From Selaginella moellendorffii (lineage: Eukaryota; Plantae; Lycopodiophyta), in the NCBI RefSeq assembly GCF_000143415.4, contig NW_003314378.1, positions 198,110-262,109 on the forward strand: a stretch of 64,000 nt of DNA. The letters are read 5' to 3'. Numbering within the stretch: position 1 is the stretch's first letter; each line of letters begins with the position of its first letter. Both the position numbers and the translations under genes were made by a program. The notes under the pieces were generated by a model. It saw only the letters and a list, made by a program, of their open reading frames with translations, was not told where the DNA came from and did no database searches. This document shows, in pieces, positions 37,495 to 48,754 of this stretch.

Positions 37495-37842
37495 GCTCCT
37501 TTCCTGGGGGATCAATTGCTTTTAGCTTGCATTTTGCGGCACTAATTTTCTTTGCTGCTCGTCTCGTTCTTGCTTTCTCGGAACTGTATCCAAGAGGAAC
37601 CAAAGTTAAGACAACACGCAAGAGTAACAAAGACTCACCATCGACTCACTTTTTCCAGCTCTGTCAACCTGCTTCACAGTGCACGTCTGTGGCGGAAACA
37701 GGACGAGCTTGAAACTCGACCACCTGGCATAACATCGAAGTCACGCAGTCAGTCCCTGAAAGAAAGAAGTGAAACTTTCTATGCAGAAAGCTTACGTGTG
37801 TTGGCTTGTTCCAGACGAGGAGCGTTTTGAGTGCCACACGAT

Positions 37843-38862
37843 CTACGTAACTTCCACCCCGACCCGGTCACACTCCATCAATGTCCCCGCCTGGTCACAC
37901 ATTGCTCGTTCTCGCACGTCGGACACCGCCTTGAGATAGCTGTACCTTAGCTCCATTCCATCCCACAGCCGATGGAAGGCAGTGATGCATTCGCCCCTAT
38001 CCTTTCTATGGTCGCTCCTGGCACTCAAAGCCTCGCTAACCAATCCCAAGTTTGAGTTCCTGGGATCGCCCCAGTCCCTGGGACTGCCCTCCACCAGCAG
38101 CGGACCCTTCTTGCTACGGCTTGAAACCAGGAAGTTCATAGCGATGTCTTCGCAGTTGATAGCATCATCCACGTACTCCTTGACACCAGCCGGCATGGAG
38201 CAAGAGTACAAGTAAAGGTTCTCGGTCGCCAAGATCATGAACTTCGTCAGGAGTATCGAGTACCGGATTGAGCTCTTGGTGTAGATCCATGACTTTGTAC
38301 CCAGCTGGAAAGAGTGAGACCGCGGGAAGAGGCCCACTATCCTGTCTTGATTCTCGGACCACACTTGGAAAGCGAACTTGAGGCTGGATAGGTCCACGCT
38401 GATATCATCGTCACAAACCAAGACCGCCTGCGTGGAAATCTCCTTCCTTGGAAGAAATCTATTGTTGAGGCTGGAGGAAGGCTGGCGGACGAGGTAAATC
38501 GGCGCACCCAAGCTCTCGAGATTGGCGTTGAGCAGCACCTGGTCTGGCGTGGACGCGTTGCCCCAAAGAATGTAGACGGCGTCCACCACAGGCGAGGCGG
38601 AGTACGCCTGTGCGTGCTGCTCCAGGATGTGGATTCTGGCCTCGGAGAAGCCATTCATGAGCACTGTAAGCTGATCGGGGCGAAGATCGATCGATTGCGG
38701 GTACCTATCTCGTTGGCAAACCCCTGTTTCTCCTGCAAGATCTAGGCGCTTACTTGCTGGAGTGGCGGAAAGGAAGAAGAATGCCGCCAATGCTGTGAAG
38801 ATCACGCCAGATCCGAGCAACAGGATGGAGAAGCCCAGGCGCTTTCGCCTCTTTCTTGCCAT
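37843..38862 (-). CDS. Glycosyltransferase family 64 (EXTL-like), intronless
   Basis: Type II TM anchor; QLTVLMNGFSE, SSSLNNRFLP, LVCDDD, YSILLTK and NCEDIAMNF. Confidence 0.92.
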   Translation of the reverse strand: MARKRRKRLGFSILLLGSGVIFTALAAFFFLSATPASKRLDLAGETGVCQRDRYPQSIDLRPDQLTVLMNGFSEARIHILEQHAQAYSASPVVDAVYILWGNASTPDQVLLNANLESLGAPIYLVRQPSSSLNNRFLPRKEISTQAVLVCDDDISVDLSSLKFAFQVWSENQDRIVGLFPRSHSFQLGTKSWIYTKSSIRYSILLTKFMILATENLYLYSCSMPAGVKEYVDDAINCEDIAMNFLVSSRSKKGPLLVEGSPRDWGDPRNSNLGLVSEALSARSDHRKDRGECITAFHRLWDGMELRYSYLKAVSDVRERAMCDQAGTLMECDRVGVEVT

Positions 38863-38971
38863 GGAAATGTTTAGGGTTCCTTGATTGAAGGGATTTTTTG
38901 CTCCTTCGAAATTTTCCCGCCCAAAATACTTTCTCGAAAAAAATTCTAGGGTTCTACGGTGGTTTTGGGCG

Positions 38972-41900
38972 ATGCGAGGGGAGGCGGAGGCGCTGATCGT
39001 GGCGCTCGTCAAGGCGCAGGCGCTTAAGTTCGGTAAGCTCGACAGCGCCAGTCACCCGCCGATCGACATCGATCTTGGAGTGATTTGCTCGTACCCTGAT
39101 TTGCTACACCGGGTTATCGCTGCGCTATGGTCTGCCGTAGCCGAGCGTGCGACGTTCGATATCGTTTGCGCTGCGTCACACACGGCCGGGCCGATCGCAG
39201 TGTGCTTCGCACTCGTTTACAGGGTACCAATGGTGATGAGAAGAAGGGAGGTGACGGACTCTAGAGGCATTGATGGTTCCTTTGAGACTGGCCAAACCTG
39301 CTTAGTGATCGATGATCTACTCACTATCGGGGCTCCGGTGGCCGAAACTGTGGAGCTTCTCAGTGGTGCTGGGCTCAAGGTCTCGGACGTGGTGATCCTG
39401 GTCGATAGAGAAGAAGGTGGTGCCGAGAATCTACGCAAGAGTGGGCTTAAGGTCCACTCGGCCATCACTTGGAGCGACATAAGGGACGTTCATGGGAGAG
39501 TGACTGCCGACGCTGCTCCACCTGGAGAGAGTTTCGTGAGGACGACTTCGACTCAAGCTGATACATCTGTTACAGAGAAGGCATCGCCTCAAGATACGAA
39601 CTCGCGCTTCGTCGACGCAGATACGACTGGATGCGATGATCTCAAAACTCCTGACAATGTTAGTAACTTTTTTTTCTTTTCTCTTACGTCGTTAACTGTT
39701 TGTCTAACTGATGTTCTACAGGTTGTTGGTACAAGTAGAGGTGGCGAAAGGCGTTCTTTTCCCCCTCGTGATGAAGAGGACGATGAACTGTGGATCGTAA
39801 GCGAGAAGCGGAGCACGGGTCGCGAAAGTAAACCAGGGACGGCTGCTAACCAGGTGCAAGTTAACAGTGGCAATTCAAAGAACAAAGCTGTTGGAGCAAT
39901 TGAAACCCGCACTCATGAAGCAGATGATTTGACCTTGAAGACTCCGGAATGCAAGCGGTCGTGGTGGCCTCATGGCAAGGGCGCTAGATCGGAAGTCATT
40001 GATATCAGTGATGAGGAGAGTAATGGGGAGACGTCTATACTAGGTGAGAAGCGCAAGCTGCCATTGAGCTTCACACCTCGAGGGCGTCGGGAGACAGTCG
40101 CAGTGAAGGAAGAACCGGGATGGCGTGGTACGGGTGTAAAGAAGAAAGAGCCTCCCGGGAGCTATGCTCAAACAGCTGCCTGGAATGCAGCAACATCGTC
40201 TTACGGCTGGATAGTTGCTCCAAAGATGGAAGAGGTTTTGCCAATGGACAGAAGGTTTGGTAAGCCGGCATCGTCGGGTTCAGAACCGGGATGGCGGGGT
40301 CCGGGTGTAAAGAAGGAAGAGCCTCCGGGGAGCTATGCTCAAACAACTGCCTGGAATGGAGCAACTTCGTCTTACGGCTGGGGAGTTGCTCCAAAGATGG
40401 AAGAAGTTTTGCTGATGGGCAGAAGGTTTGACCAGCCGGCTTCGTCGGGTTCGTCTGTCCATGCAGGCCCAAAGAAGAAGGAAGAACCAGTTCAGAACAC
40501 GAGCACAAACACAACTCCAAATCAGCCTGCTCAACCGGTGCCCGTGGTTCGCCGGAATGGTCAAGCCAGCATAGCAACTTCGTCTTGCCGCTGGACAGCT
40601 CCTCCAAACAAGGAAGAAGTTTTGCCAACTGGTAGAAGGTTTGATCGGCCGTCGTTGTCGGGTTCGTATGTCCATGCAGGCCCAAAGAAGGAGCCTTTGA
40701 GTCAAGCAACTCCAAAGAAGGAAGAACCAGTTCACAACACGAGCACAAACACAACTCCAAATCAAGCTGCTCAACCGGTGCACGTAGACAAATGTCTTCG
40801 CCGGATCTTGGAGGTACACTTGCACTGACTGCTATTTGGATGTTTACATTTTCTTTTCCCACAGAGAATGATCACTCCTGATACAAACGAAGAGGCCACT
40901 CTAGATGAGGGAATGATGACTATCAATCTTTTGAAACATCAGGTATACTTCAAAATCTTCTATGTTTCACGGGTTTAAAGCGATCTTTGTAGAGAATAGC
41001 TTTAGCTTGGATGGTGAAGAGCGAGGAGCGTGGAAATTGTTCTGGTGGCTTTCTAGCAGATGACCAGGTGAGCCTTTTGTATGTCATATTGGTTGAACGA
41101 TCTCTTTGTCGTTGTCTCTAGGGTCTTGGCAAAACAGTGTCTACGATAGCTCTTATTCTCAAAGCTCGGTCGCCAATTCACCTGCTCAATCCGGAAACAC
41201 AAGCCATTAAACCTGAGATTAAACCTGAGATCAAACCGGAGCTTATGCAGAAGCCGGAGCCAAAAAGAAGGGGTGGCACTCTTGTCGTATGCCCGACAAG
41301 CGTTTTGAGACAGTGGTATCATGAGATCGAGGAAAAAGTTACAGCGGCGGCAAGGCTTTCAACACATATTTATCACGGCGGTAACAGGAAGAGGTGTCCC
41401 TACGAGTTAGCCAAATATGACGTTGTGCTAACCACGTACTCAATTGTAACAAATGAGGTGCCTAAGCCAGATGAGGAGATAGAAGCAGATGAGGAAACGT
41501 ATGCAGACTATGGCAGCAGCTGTTCGCAAGCATTTTCAAATAAGAAGACGAAGAAAAGGACCCCGACTCGTGGGGCAGGACCTCTAGCCGAAGTCAAATG
41601 GTTTCGAGTGGTGTTGGACGAGGCACAGACGATAAAAAATGCAAAAACACTAGCAGCGTACGCTTGCTGGGGACTGAAAGCCGAGAGACGATGGTGTTTG
41701 TCGGGTACACCACTTCAGAATACCATCGACGACCTCTTCAGCTACTTTCGATTCTTGCGCTTCGACCCGCTGGATTCATACTCAACCTTCAAGATAAAGG
41801 TGAAAGAACCAATCTCCCGAGATCCGAGCACAGGATATGCAAAGCTGCAGATGATACTCCAGGTGATTATGCTTCGTCGAACAAAAGGCAAGTTCTCAAT

Positions 41901-43067
41901 CTTTTGACTTAAGAGTGCAGGGGCCAAAGTTTTGATGTTACAGAAACTGTCATTGACGGAAAGCCCATTCTCCAGCTACCTGAAAAACATGTGACCATGC
42001 TACAGGCGGATTTCAGCAAAGAGGAACGCGAGTTCTACGACAGTTTGGAGCAGCGCTCACGCGATAAGTTTCAGGTATTATGTTCATTCCTGAGTTCTAA
42101 ACTTTTTATTTTGCTTTTGTTCCAGAGCTACCAACGACGTGGGACTGTTCAAAAAAACTACGCGAACATCATGGTTTTGCTCCTGCGCCTGAGACAAGCA
42201 TGCTGCCATCGGTCCCTTGTTCCGGAAGATAAAGAGTCAAAAATCGAAGATGAAGAGTCAAACATCGATGCAAAGGAAAACGTATCCATATGCACAATAT
42301 GTGAAGTAAGTGGTAAACGCAGTTGTTTCGTTACTGACGTTTAGTTTGACACTGTCAGGATGCTCCCGAACAGCCTTTTCTTAGCTGCTGTGGTCACGTC
42401 TTTTGCTCCCAGTGCATCTCAGAGAAATTGCTGACAAGCGAGGAATTGGCGGTCAAGTGTCCCGCTCCAGGCTGCTCTTGCACACTAGAGAGCTCTTTGC
42501 TGTCTAGCTTCATGTCCTTGGATTCCAACGGAGGATATGAGTCGTCCTCAAAGATCAATGCCGTCATGGAGCGCCTGATGAATCTTCCCGTGACGAGTCC
42601 TGCAGCAGCCGGGAAGAAAGCTGTTACCGAGAAAGCTCTTGTCTTCTCGCAGTGGACAAGTTTGCTTGATCTGGTCGAGCCTCGTCTGGAAAAGGCCGGC
42701 TTGGAATTCAGAAGGCTCGACGGCACAATGTCGGTCATGGAGCGGGACGCAGCAGTTTGCGAATTCAACGAAAAGCCCGAGGTACACTCGTAGCATCTGT
42801 TTCTCCATATTCTAATCTCTCTTTTTTCTTTTTTGGTTTTCTCTTGGAGGTGTCTGTGATGCTCATGGGCCTTAAAGTTGGAAGCTTGGGCCTCAACATG
42901 GTAGCTGCGTGCCATGTCCTTCTTCTCGACGTGTGGTGGAATCCCACGGTGGAGGATCAGGCCATCGATCGAGCTCATCGCATCGGACAGACCCGGGACG
43001 TTCACGTCACGAGGTTCACTGTGAAGAAAACCATTGAGGACCGGATCCTAGCTTTGCAGGTACCAAA

Positions 43068-43101
<34 letters not shown>

Positions 43102-43250
43102 GACATCAAGATCACTGTGACTGTGTTCTATTTGCACAGGAACAAAAGAAGCAAATGGTTTCGTCGGCATTTGGAGAGAGTGGGGGGAGGAACAATCGAC
43201 GGAACCGGCTCACCATGGATGATCTGCGCTTCCTGTTTACGAGTTATTAA
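38972..43250 (+). CDS. Chimeric OPRT-like domain + repeat linker + RAD5/RIS1(FRG)-type SNF2 helicase with RING finger
   Basis: Exon 1 homologous to the UMPS N-terminus; continuous frame to 40813; spliced LLKHQ|[15 protein letters not shown]|[51 protein letters not shown] and [11 protein letters not shown]; end [13 protein letters not shown]; one GC-AG intron 41888-41943. Confidence 0.82.
43071..43098. repeat. (CT)n microsatellite in the last SNF2 intron
   Basis: Directly visible. Confidence 0.9.
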
Positions 43251-43367
43251 CTTTTCTCTCATGATTTATTAACTTTTCCCGCGACTTTTACTCTGAATTG
43301 TATAGCATTAATTCGAAGTTACGTCTCTATACACTTATTAGGGCTTTGAGGGTGGCGAACTATAGTC

Positions 43368-44566
43368 ATGGGTGAGTTTTCTCTCAGGGAAGCTGCCTAC
43401 CAGATGTGCCAGTTGACCAGGCAGTGCAAGAAGATAGCGGCTTCTTCTCCAGCACCCATGTCCAATTGGAGCCGTGGCCACATTTTGGAGAGGATTTGGG
43501 GGCCTTCATCAACGGGCTGGACAACACGGAGAAGCGGCTATCGACCTTTTTTAGGGAGCGCAATCACCTGCTCGTCGCCTCGGAAGAAAGCATAATGCAT
43601 GCCCTCAACTTCATTGTCCTCCCGGTGGTGGAAGAAATGGCCGAGCAGCTATGCATCCCGTTCTGGTACCGGCACGCTGATGGGAGAGCCTACTGGTTTC
43701 CCACCCAGGTTGTTGTTGACACAAGCACGGCCTCTTCTCCTTTCTCGTGCAAAGGAGCCTCCAGGAACGAACCATCGGGGGTGCATGGGGTCGGACAGGT
43801 AGTCGGGCCCTGGAACGTGGAGCTGACCAAAGTGGGGACTAATGACCGCAGGGTTGAATACCACGTCGAGCGTCTCTTTGGCAGCATGGTGCTGGACTAG
43901 ATGCGGGTGGGCTACATCTCGCACAACGGTAGGAGCTTTCTTGTTCTTCCTTCAAGGACTCAAAGCTTGGATTTGGTGGATGCAAGCAGACTTGGCGGGA
44001 TGTCCGCGCTGAGCATACAGGAGCTCGGACTCACGGGCCGCGTCGCGGGTTGGGCCAGTTTCGGGGACGTCTTGGAGGCGTGTTTCAAGAGCACTGGGAT
44101 CAGGATCGTGCTCAAGACGTTTGATCTGCGGCAGGAGGGCGCGGCAGAGGCCTTTGTGCAGGAGCAGAAGGCCTACATTGCTATGCAAGACCTCTATGGT
44201 GTTTATACGCCAACTTTCTATGGGGTGGGCAGGCTGCCTCACTTCAACGCGGTCTACTTGGCGCTGTCAGATGAGGGCACAAGGAAGCTTGGAGATATCC
44301 GGGTGACAAGGTTCACTCTGGCTGCCTTGAGGTTGGGGCTGTACAAAATCCACACAAGGGGAGTTCTTCATGGGGATCTCAGGAAGCACAACGTGACGAT
44401 TGCTCGCGATGGAGGGCCCCGGTTCCTCGACTTCGACTGCTCTAAGATGCAGCCTAAACGCTGGGAAATGCTGGAGGAGATGAACCAAGTGCAAGAGCTT
44501 CTAGAGGAGGTAGGTTATGAAGAACAAACTAGAGCAGCCACGTTCTCTTTGTTTTCAGCCGAGTAA
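43368..44566 (+). pseudogene. Atypical kinase gene (possible Crinkler-like nuclease-fold + kinase) with one in-frame TAG and a probable 5' frameshift
   Basis: ORFs 43406-43900 and 43901-44566 abut in the same frame; VLKTFD, EQKAY, IHTRGVLHGDLRKHNV and FLDFD. Confidence 0.65.
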
Positions 44567-44661
44567 ATTATGGAAAACCTGGCGAAAAAAAAGAGGGTTT
44601 CACTAGTTTCTGGTAAGTTATGATTTTCTAAATCTTTTTCTAGCAACCTGGAGGCATGGCA

Positions 44662-45025
44662 CCTCCACCAAGGCAATGGTACCTGGCCTTCCATAGGCTG
44701 GTGTGATGGAAGAGACAGTCGTTGAGGAGGTACTCAGTTAGTAGCAGTTTTGTTGGAGGAGACCAGTACATTCTTAGTCACTATTTATCAAACTAGAGAG
44801 ATTCTTATAGCAATTGCCACTCTGCCATCTTGTAAATAGTCCCAGTGGTCCATACACAGTCCTTGTAGACAATAGTTTTGGTTCCTTCCTGTCAGTTCTC
44901 ATACTGCACGGGATGTTTGAGTCAGTCTTGCTGATCACACACCTGTGCTCGAGTCTGGAGAAGGTGCATGTATAAACGAGCATTTCGGTGGGAGTCTTCC
45001 CTCGTCAATTTACTTTGATGTTCAT
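44662..45025 (-). pseudogene. Relic of the LRR-RLK kinase region
   Basis: Colinear deleted copy of ~12383-12855 (ctccaccaaggcaatggta, tttgttggaggagaccagta, acacctgtgctcgagtctggagaagg). Confidence 0.88.
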
Positions 45026-45393
45026 GATAACCATAGCCTTCAGTGACTGCACAGTAGCCTAAATTGTGATTTTTATAAATGCAAAATTCCTTAACTATAT
45101 TCAACAAAACCTTCTACATGTACATGGGAGGGCATATTGATGAGGTCGCAGTGGTCAACCACCATGATGAGAGCGGATATATGGATAGACTTACCTGTTT
45201 CCCAAAAAGACAAATTATAATAATAAAAGATAGAAAAAGAATACTGTATTGTCTTTCATCCTAGCATCCTACTACAGTTCTGCGGTCAAGAAACAGTTGC
45301 TAATTTCTAGAAGAGTCCACATAACGCTAAATTTGAAGTCTCAGCACAATTTTGTATTTAAGCTGGAATAAACTTGAATACAATCCCACATCA

Positions 45394-45794
45394 ATGGCAT
45401 ACTATTTAGCAATCTGTTCTCTGGCTGTGCTTTCAGCTGTGGTACTTCAACAATCTCAAGTCTGTTCCCAAGGTAAATACCAAAGATTTTAAGAGAAATT
45501 AACTTATATATATATACAGATTTGCGAGCAATTGTACAAAGCATATGTGACGAATGTGCTGCAACAAACACTCGAAGAGCATGTGATTTATGCAGTGTTG
45601 TCAAAGGGCCTTCAGATGTGGAAATAGAGTGTTCCGAGCATTGTTATCATCCAGAGAGTTGTAAGCCTTGTGATACTTATAATCAAGCCATGAACATCAG
45701 CTTCTGCAAGAAAATTTGTGGTGAAAATTATCTGGAAAGATTTAAATTGTGCAAGTACTGCCCAGCTGATGCCCCAACTCCAGAACCATATTAA
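45394..45794 (+). CDS. Putative secreted cysteine-rich protein, 117 aa, 2 exons (45394-45472, 45520-45794)
   Basis: Signal-peptide exon MAYYLAICSLAVLSAVVLQQSQVCSQ; phase-1 GT-AG intron joins it in frame to a 12-Cys exon. Confidence 0.7.
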
Positions 45795-46873
45795 AGCTTT
45801 ATAAATATTTGAGCTTCATAAGCTTAATCAAATTGTCAAAGTTGTTCTTCATGGAGTCTTTGCCATTCCCTGAAGTCTAGGCTCCATAAAAAACCTAATC
45901 TTCCATGCATCACGCCTCGACACAGAAGAAAGGTACTACTCTTGGAGCATTCCTTTGTCGAATTCACAATGAGCTGTAGATCTTCCAAGACATTTCCATC
46001 TTCCTTGGCTGTGAAGCTCAAGGCTGGGGTAAGTTTCCTCCTTGGCAGAACCCCATCCCGGAATTTGGAGTTAGGAGGAGGAATGGATGTTCTCTTGGAT
46101 ATCTCAGCTGCATTCAATTTGCCTCACCTCTTCCAGGACGCTGGACGCCGGGAATAAGATCCACCATGTACAGCCTCAACAGAGATGATCAATTGTAGAC
46201 ACCACTCAATCACAAGGAAGAGTTTGGTTGCAGCCAAAGAATGTAGCTATACATTTGTCAGTGTGGTAGTAGATCATAGAGCGATCACTTCTCTAGAACT
46301 AATCACTTAAAACCAGGAGATTCTAGCTTTTCTACGAGATCACTGGATGAAGTTTGTGGATCTACTAAATTTTATTTCCTTGGGTGATGGCCTCATGCAA
46401 CCATGCGAGTGGCTGGGTTTCAGGAGAGGTTAATTCTCCATCTGAACTCACGAACTTTTTGAACGTTTCTACAGCTAAATAAACTTTAATAAAGACAACT
46501 GAATGTGAGGTCTACATTAATTATTTAACAGATTAAGACTGAAGTTAGGAATATCTCTAGAATATTTAGGCATATTCTATGATATTTTTAGTTTGGTTAA
46601 TCTAAAATATGCTTGGATATTCTAGGATATTTTATCATCTAATGTAAATATGTTATAAATTGTTAAACACTTCCTAGTATATTCTAAGTTATATTACCAT
46701 CTAATGGTTGTTATACAATTAAATTAATCTTATATATGATACAATTTTAATTAACAAGATTTATAAACTTAAGTTAGAGACCCACTCAAAATGTTTTGAA
46801 GGATAGACAAAATTTGCTACCAACCACCTCTTAATCTCCAGCTTAATATTTGGCAAAAGTGAATGCTAAAATA

Positions 46874-47460
46874 TTAAGTCTTTTGCCAAACAAGCTTGAT
46901 GATAGTGTCCATAGGAACACTTGGACGCTGAGAATCATCCCAAGCAAACATGTTCTTGTACCTCTGGAGAAGCTCTAACAATTGTATTGCATATGCAAGG
47001 GGAAGAGCATGCATAATCAAAATGGGATTTCTATCACCAATGAGGTGGATTTCACGAACTCTAGAATTTAGAGCTGAAGGGGTCTCACAATCAAGAAGAG
47101 GGTGGTTATCCTCCACTAAAGAAACAAAAGAATAAGGCTTCTCCTTCTCACTATGACTGCTTTATGGAGTTAGCCCAAAAATTCTTTGCTCATTGGAAGT
47201 TAAAATACTAGAAGCATTCCCTGAGGTCCACAGCACATTGCCAAAGGTCCTTGAGATTGTCCTTGTGGACCTAATATTTGCCATGAAGTTGACAGATAAT
47301 GAGTTATGAGTCTTTGATGAAAACCACATATTCGAGCTTGTGATCTTTAGCCAATTGCATAATAAGGTACTCAGCCTCATTTGCTAAAGTAGCAAGCTAG
47401 ATTATTGCAAAATGAGCCACCTTTATCTCTACTAGGTCATGAATCCAAACACCAATCCCT
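46874..47460 (-). mobile_element. Degenerate Ty3/gypsy-like pol fragment (protease-RT linker)
   Basis: VREIHLIG..PILI...QLLELLQRYKNMFAWDDSQRP resembles the LxxLLxEYxDVFAW segment preceding RT. Confidence 0.5.
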
Positions 47461-47604
47461 ATAAGTCTGTTCCTTAGACAAAACACCCTGTCAGAGAAAG
47501 TTGTGAAAATGGGATATAAAGCACTTAAGAAACTCACAACTTCACTCAGAGGTGGATGAAAAAATGCTCCTAGAACCCAGCTAATGGGATTCCATAGTGA
47601 AAAA

Positions 47605-48310
47605 TATACAGGTTTTCGAGCAATTGTAGAAGGTATATGTGATGAATGTGCAGAGCAACAAACACTGCAAGACCATGTGATTTATGCAGTGTTGTCAAAG
47701 GGCCTTCAGATGTGGAAATAGAGTGTTCCGAGCATTGCTATCATCCAGAGAATTGTAAGCCTTCTGATACTTAGAATCAAGCCATGAACATCAGCTTTTG
47801 CAAAAAAATTCATATGCTTAATCAAATTGTCAAAGTTGTTCTTCATTATAGAAGTGCTTTTGTTGCTTCTATGGAGACAACTGACTTCGCCCATTCCCTG
47901 AAGATCATAGAACTAGGCTCTATGAAAAACTTAACCTTCCACGCATTGGCACCAAGCATATTTGCTTCTCGTAAGAAAGGTATTACCCTTGGAACATTCC
48001 GTTGTAGAATTCACAATGAGCTGTAGATTTTCCAAAACATTTCCATCTTCCATATTTGTGAAGCTCAAAGTCATGGTAAGTTTCCTCCTTGGCAGAACCC
48101 CATCCAAATGCACAATCCAGCATCCCCACCTCCAAATGTTACTTGCTAAAATGTTTAAAATATTAGTAAATGTGCTAGATAATGTATTCTACCCTCTAGG
48201 AATGGATGTTCTCTTGGATATCATAGCTGCATTCAATTGCCTCGCCTCTTCCAGGATGCTTGACGCCAAGAATAAGATCCAACGGCCTCATAGCCAAGGA
48301 TGATCACTAC
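47605..48310 (+). pseudogene. Direct duplicate of ~45510-46190, including a disrupted Cys-rich exon
   Basis: High similarity; frameshifts near 47652-47670, TAG at ~47772, 3' part of the exon deleted, signal exon absent. Confidence 0.85.
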
Positions 48311-48533
48311 TCTATAGATGTACATATATGTGAGCTTTGGAAACGTTCAAGAAGCTCACAAGTTCAAATGGTACAACTTTGCGGCAGCCTTGCACAGTGC
48401 GTAAGCAAACAAGGACGGCAAGTGTGGTGGCAACATTCTCGTCAAGGACAACGATAAGTACTTCGCAACCGAGAGAAGGCCGTCATTCTCCATAGCCTAA
48501 AGTCACCGCTCACGTGTCCCTAGCAAAGACTCA

Positions 48534-48662
48534 GTCCCTAACTAGGAAGGTGAAAGGCTTGAGCTTGAGAGGCTTCTGGACCAGTGGGACCATAAAATTC
48601 GCTGAGGTAAACTGTATTGTTAAACCAAACGAAGCAGCAGGCAATGAAGCCAAAGATGGAAA
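48534..48662 (-). pseudogene. psbC: Plastid-derived psbC fragment (NUPT)
   Basis: [42 protein letters not shown] matches CP43, with a +1 frameshift. Confidence 0.9.
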
Positions 48663-48754
48663 GATGTGGGTTCCGTGGTGGTATTAGGGCCTTTAGCCAA
48701 GGTTCGCGGGAGGTGACCGGGTTTGGACCATTCCTCGAAGGAGGTTTTCGCGGG

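Noticed and set aside
38863-39012. Overlapping N-terminal extensions of GT64 and the OPRT-SNF2 ORF
   Set aside because: Non-ATG starts; homology and topology place the starts at 38862 and 38972.
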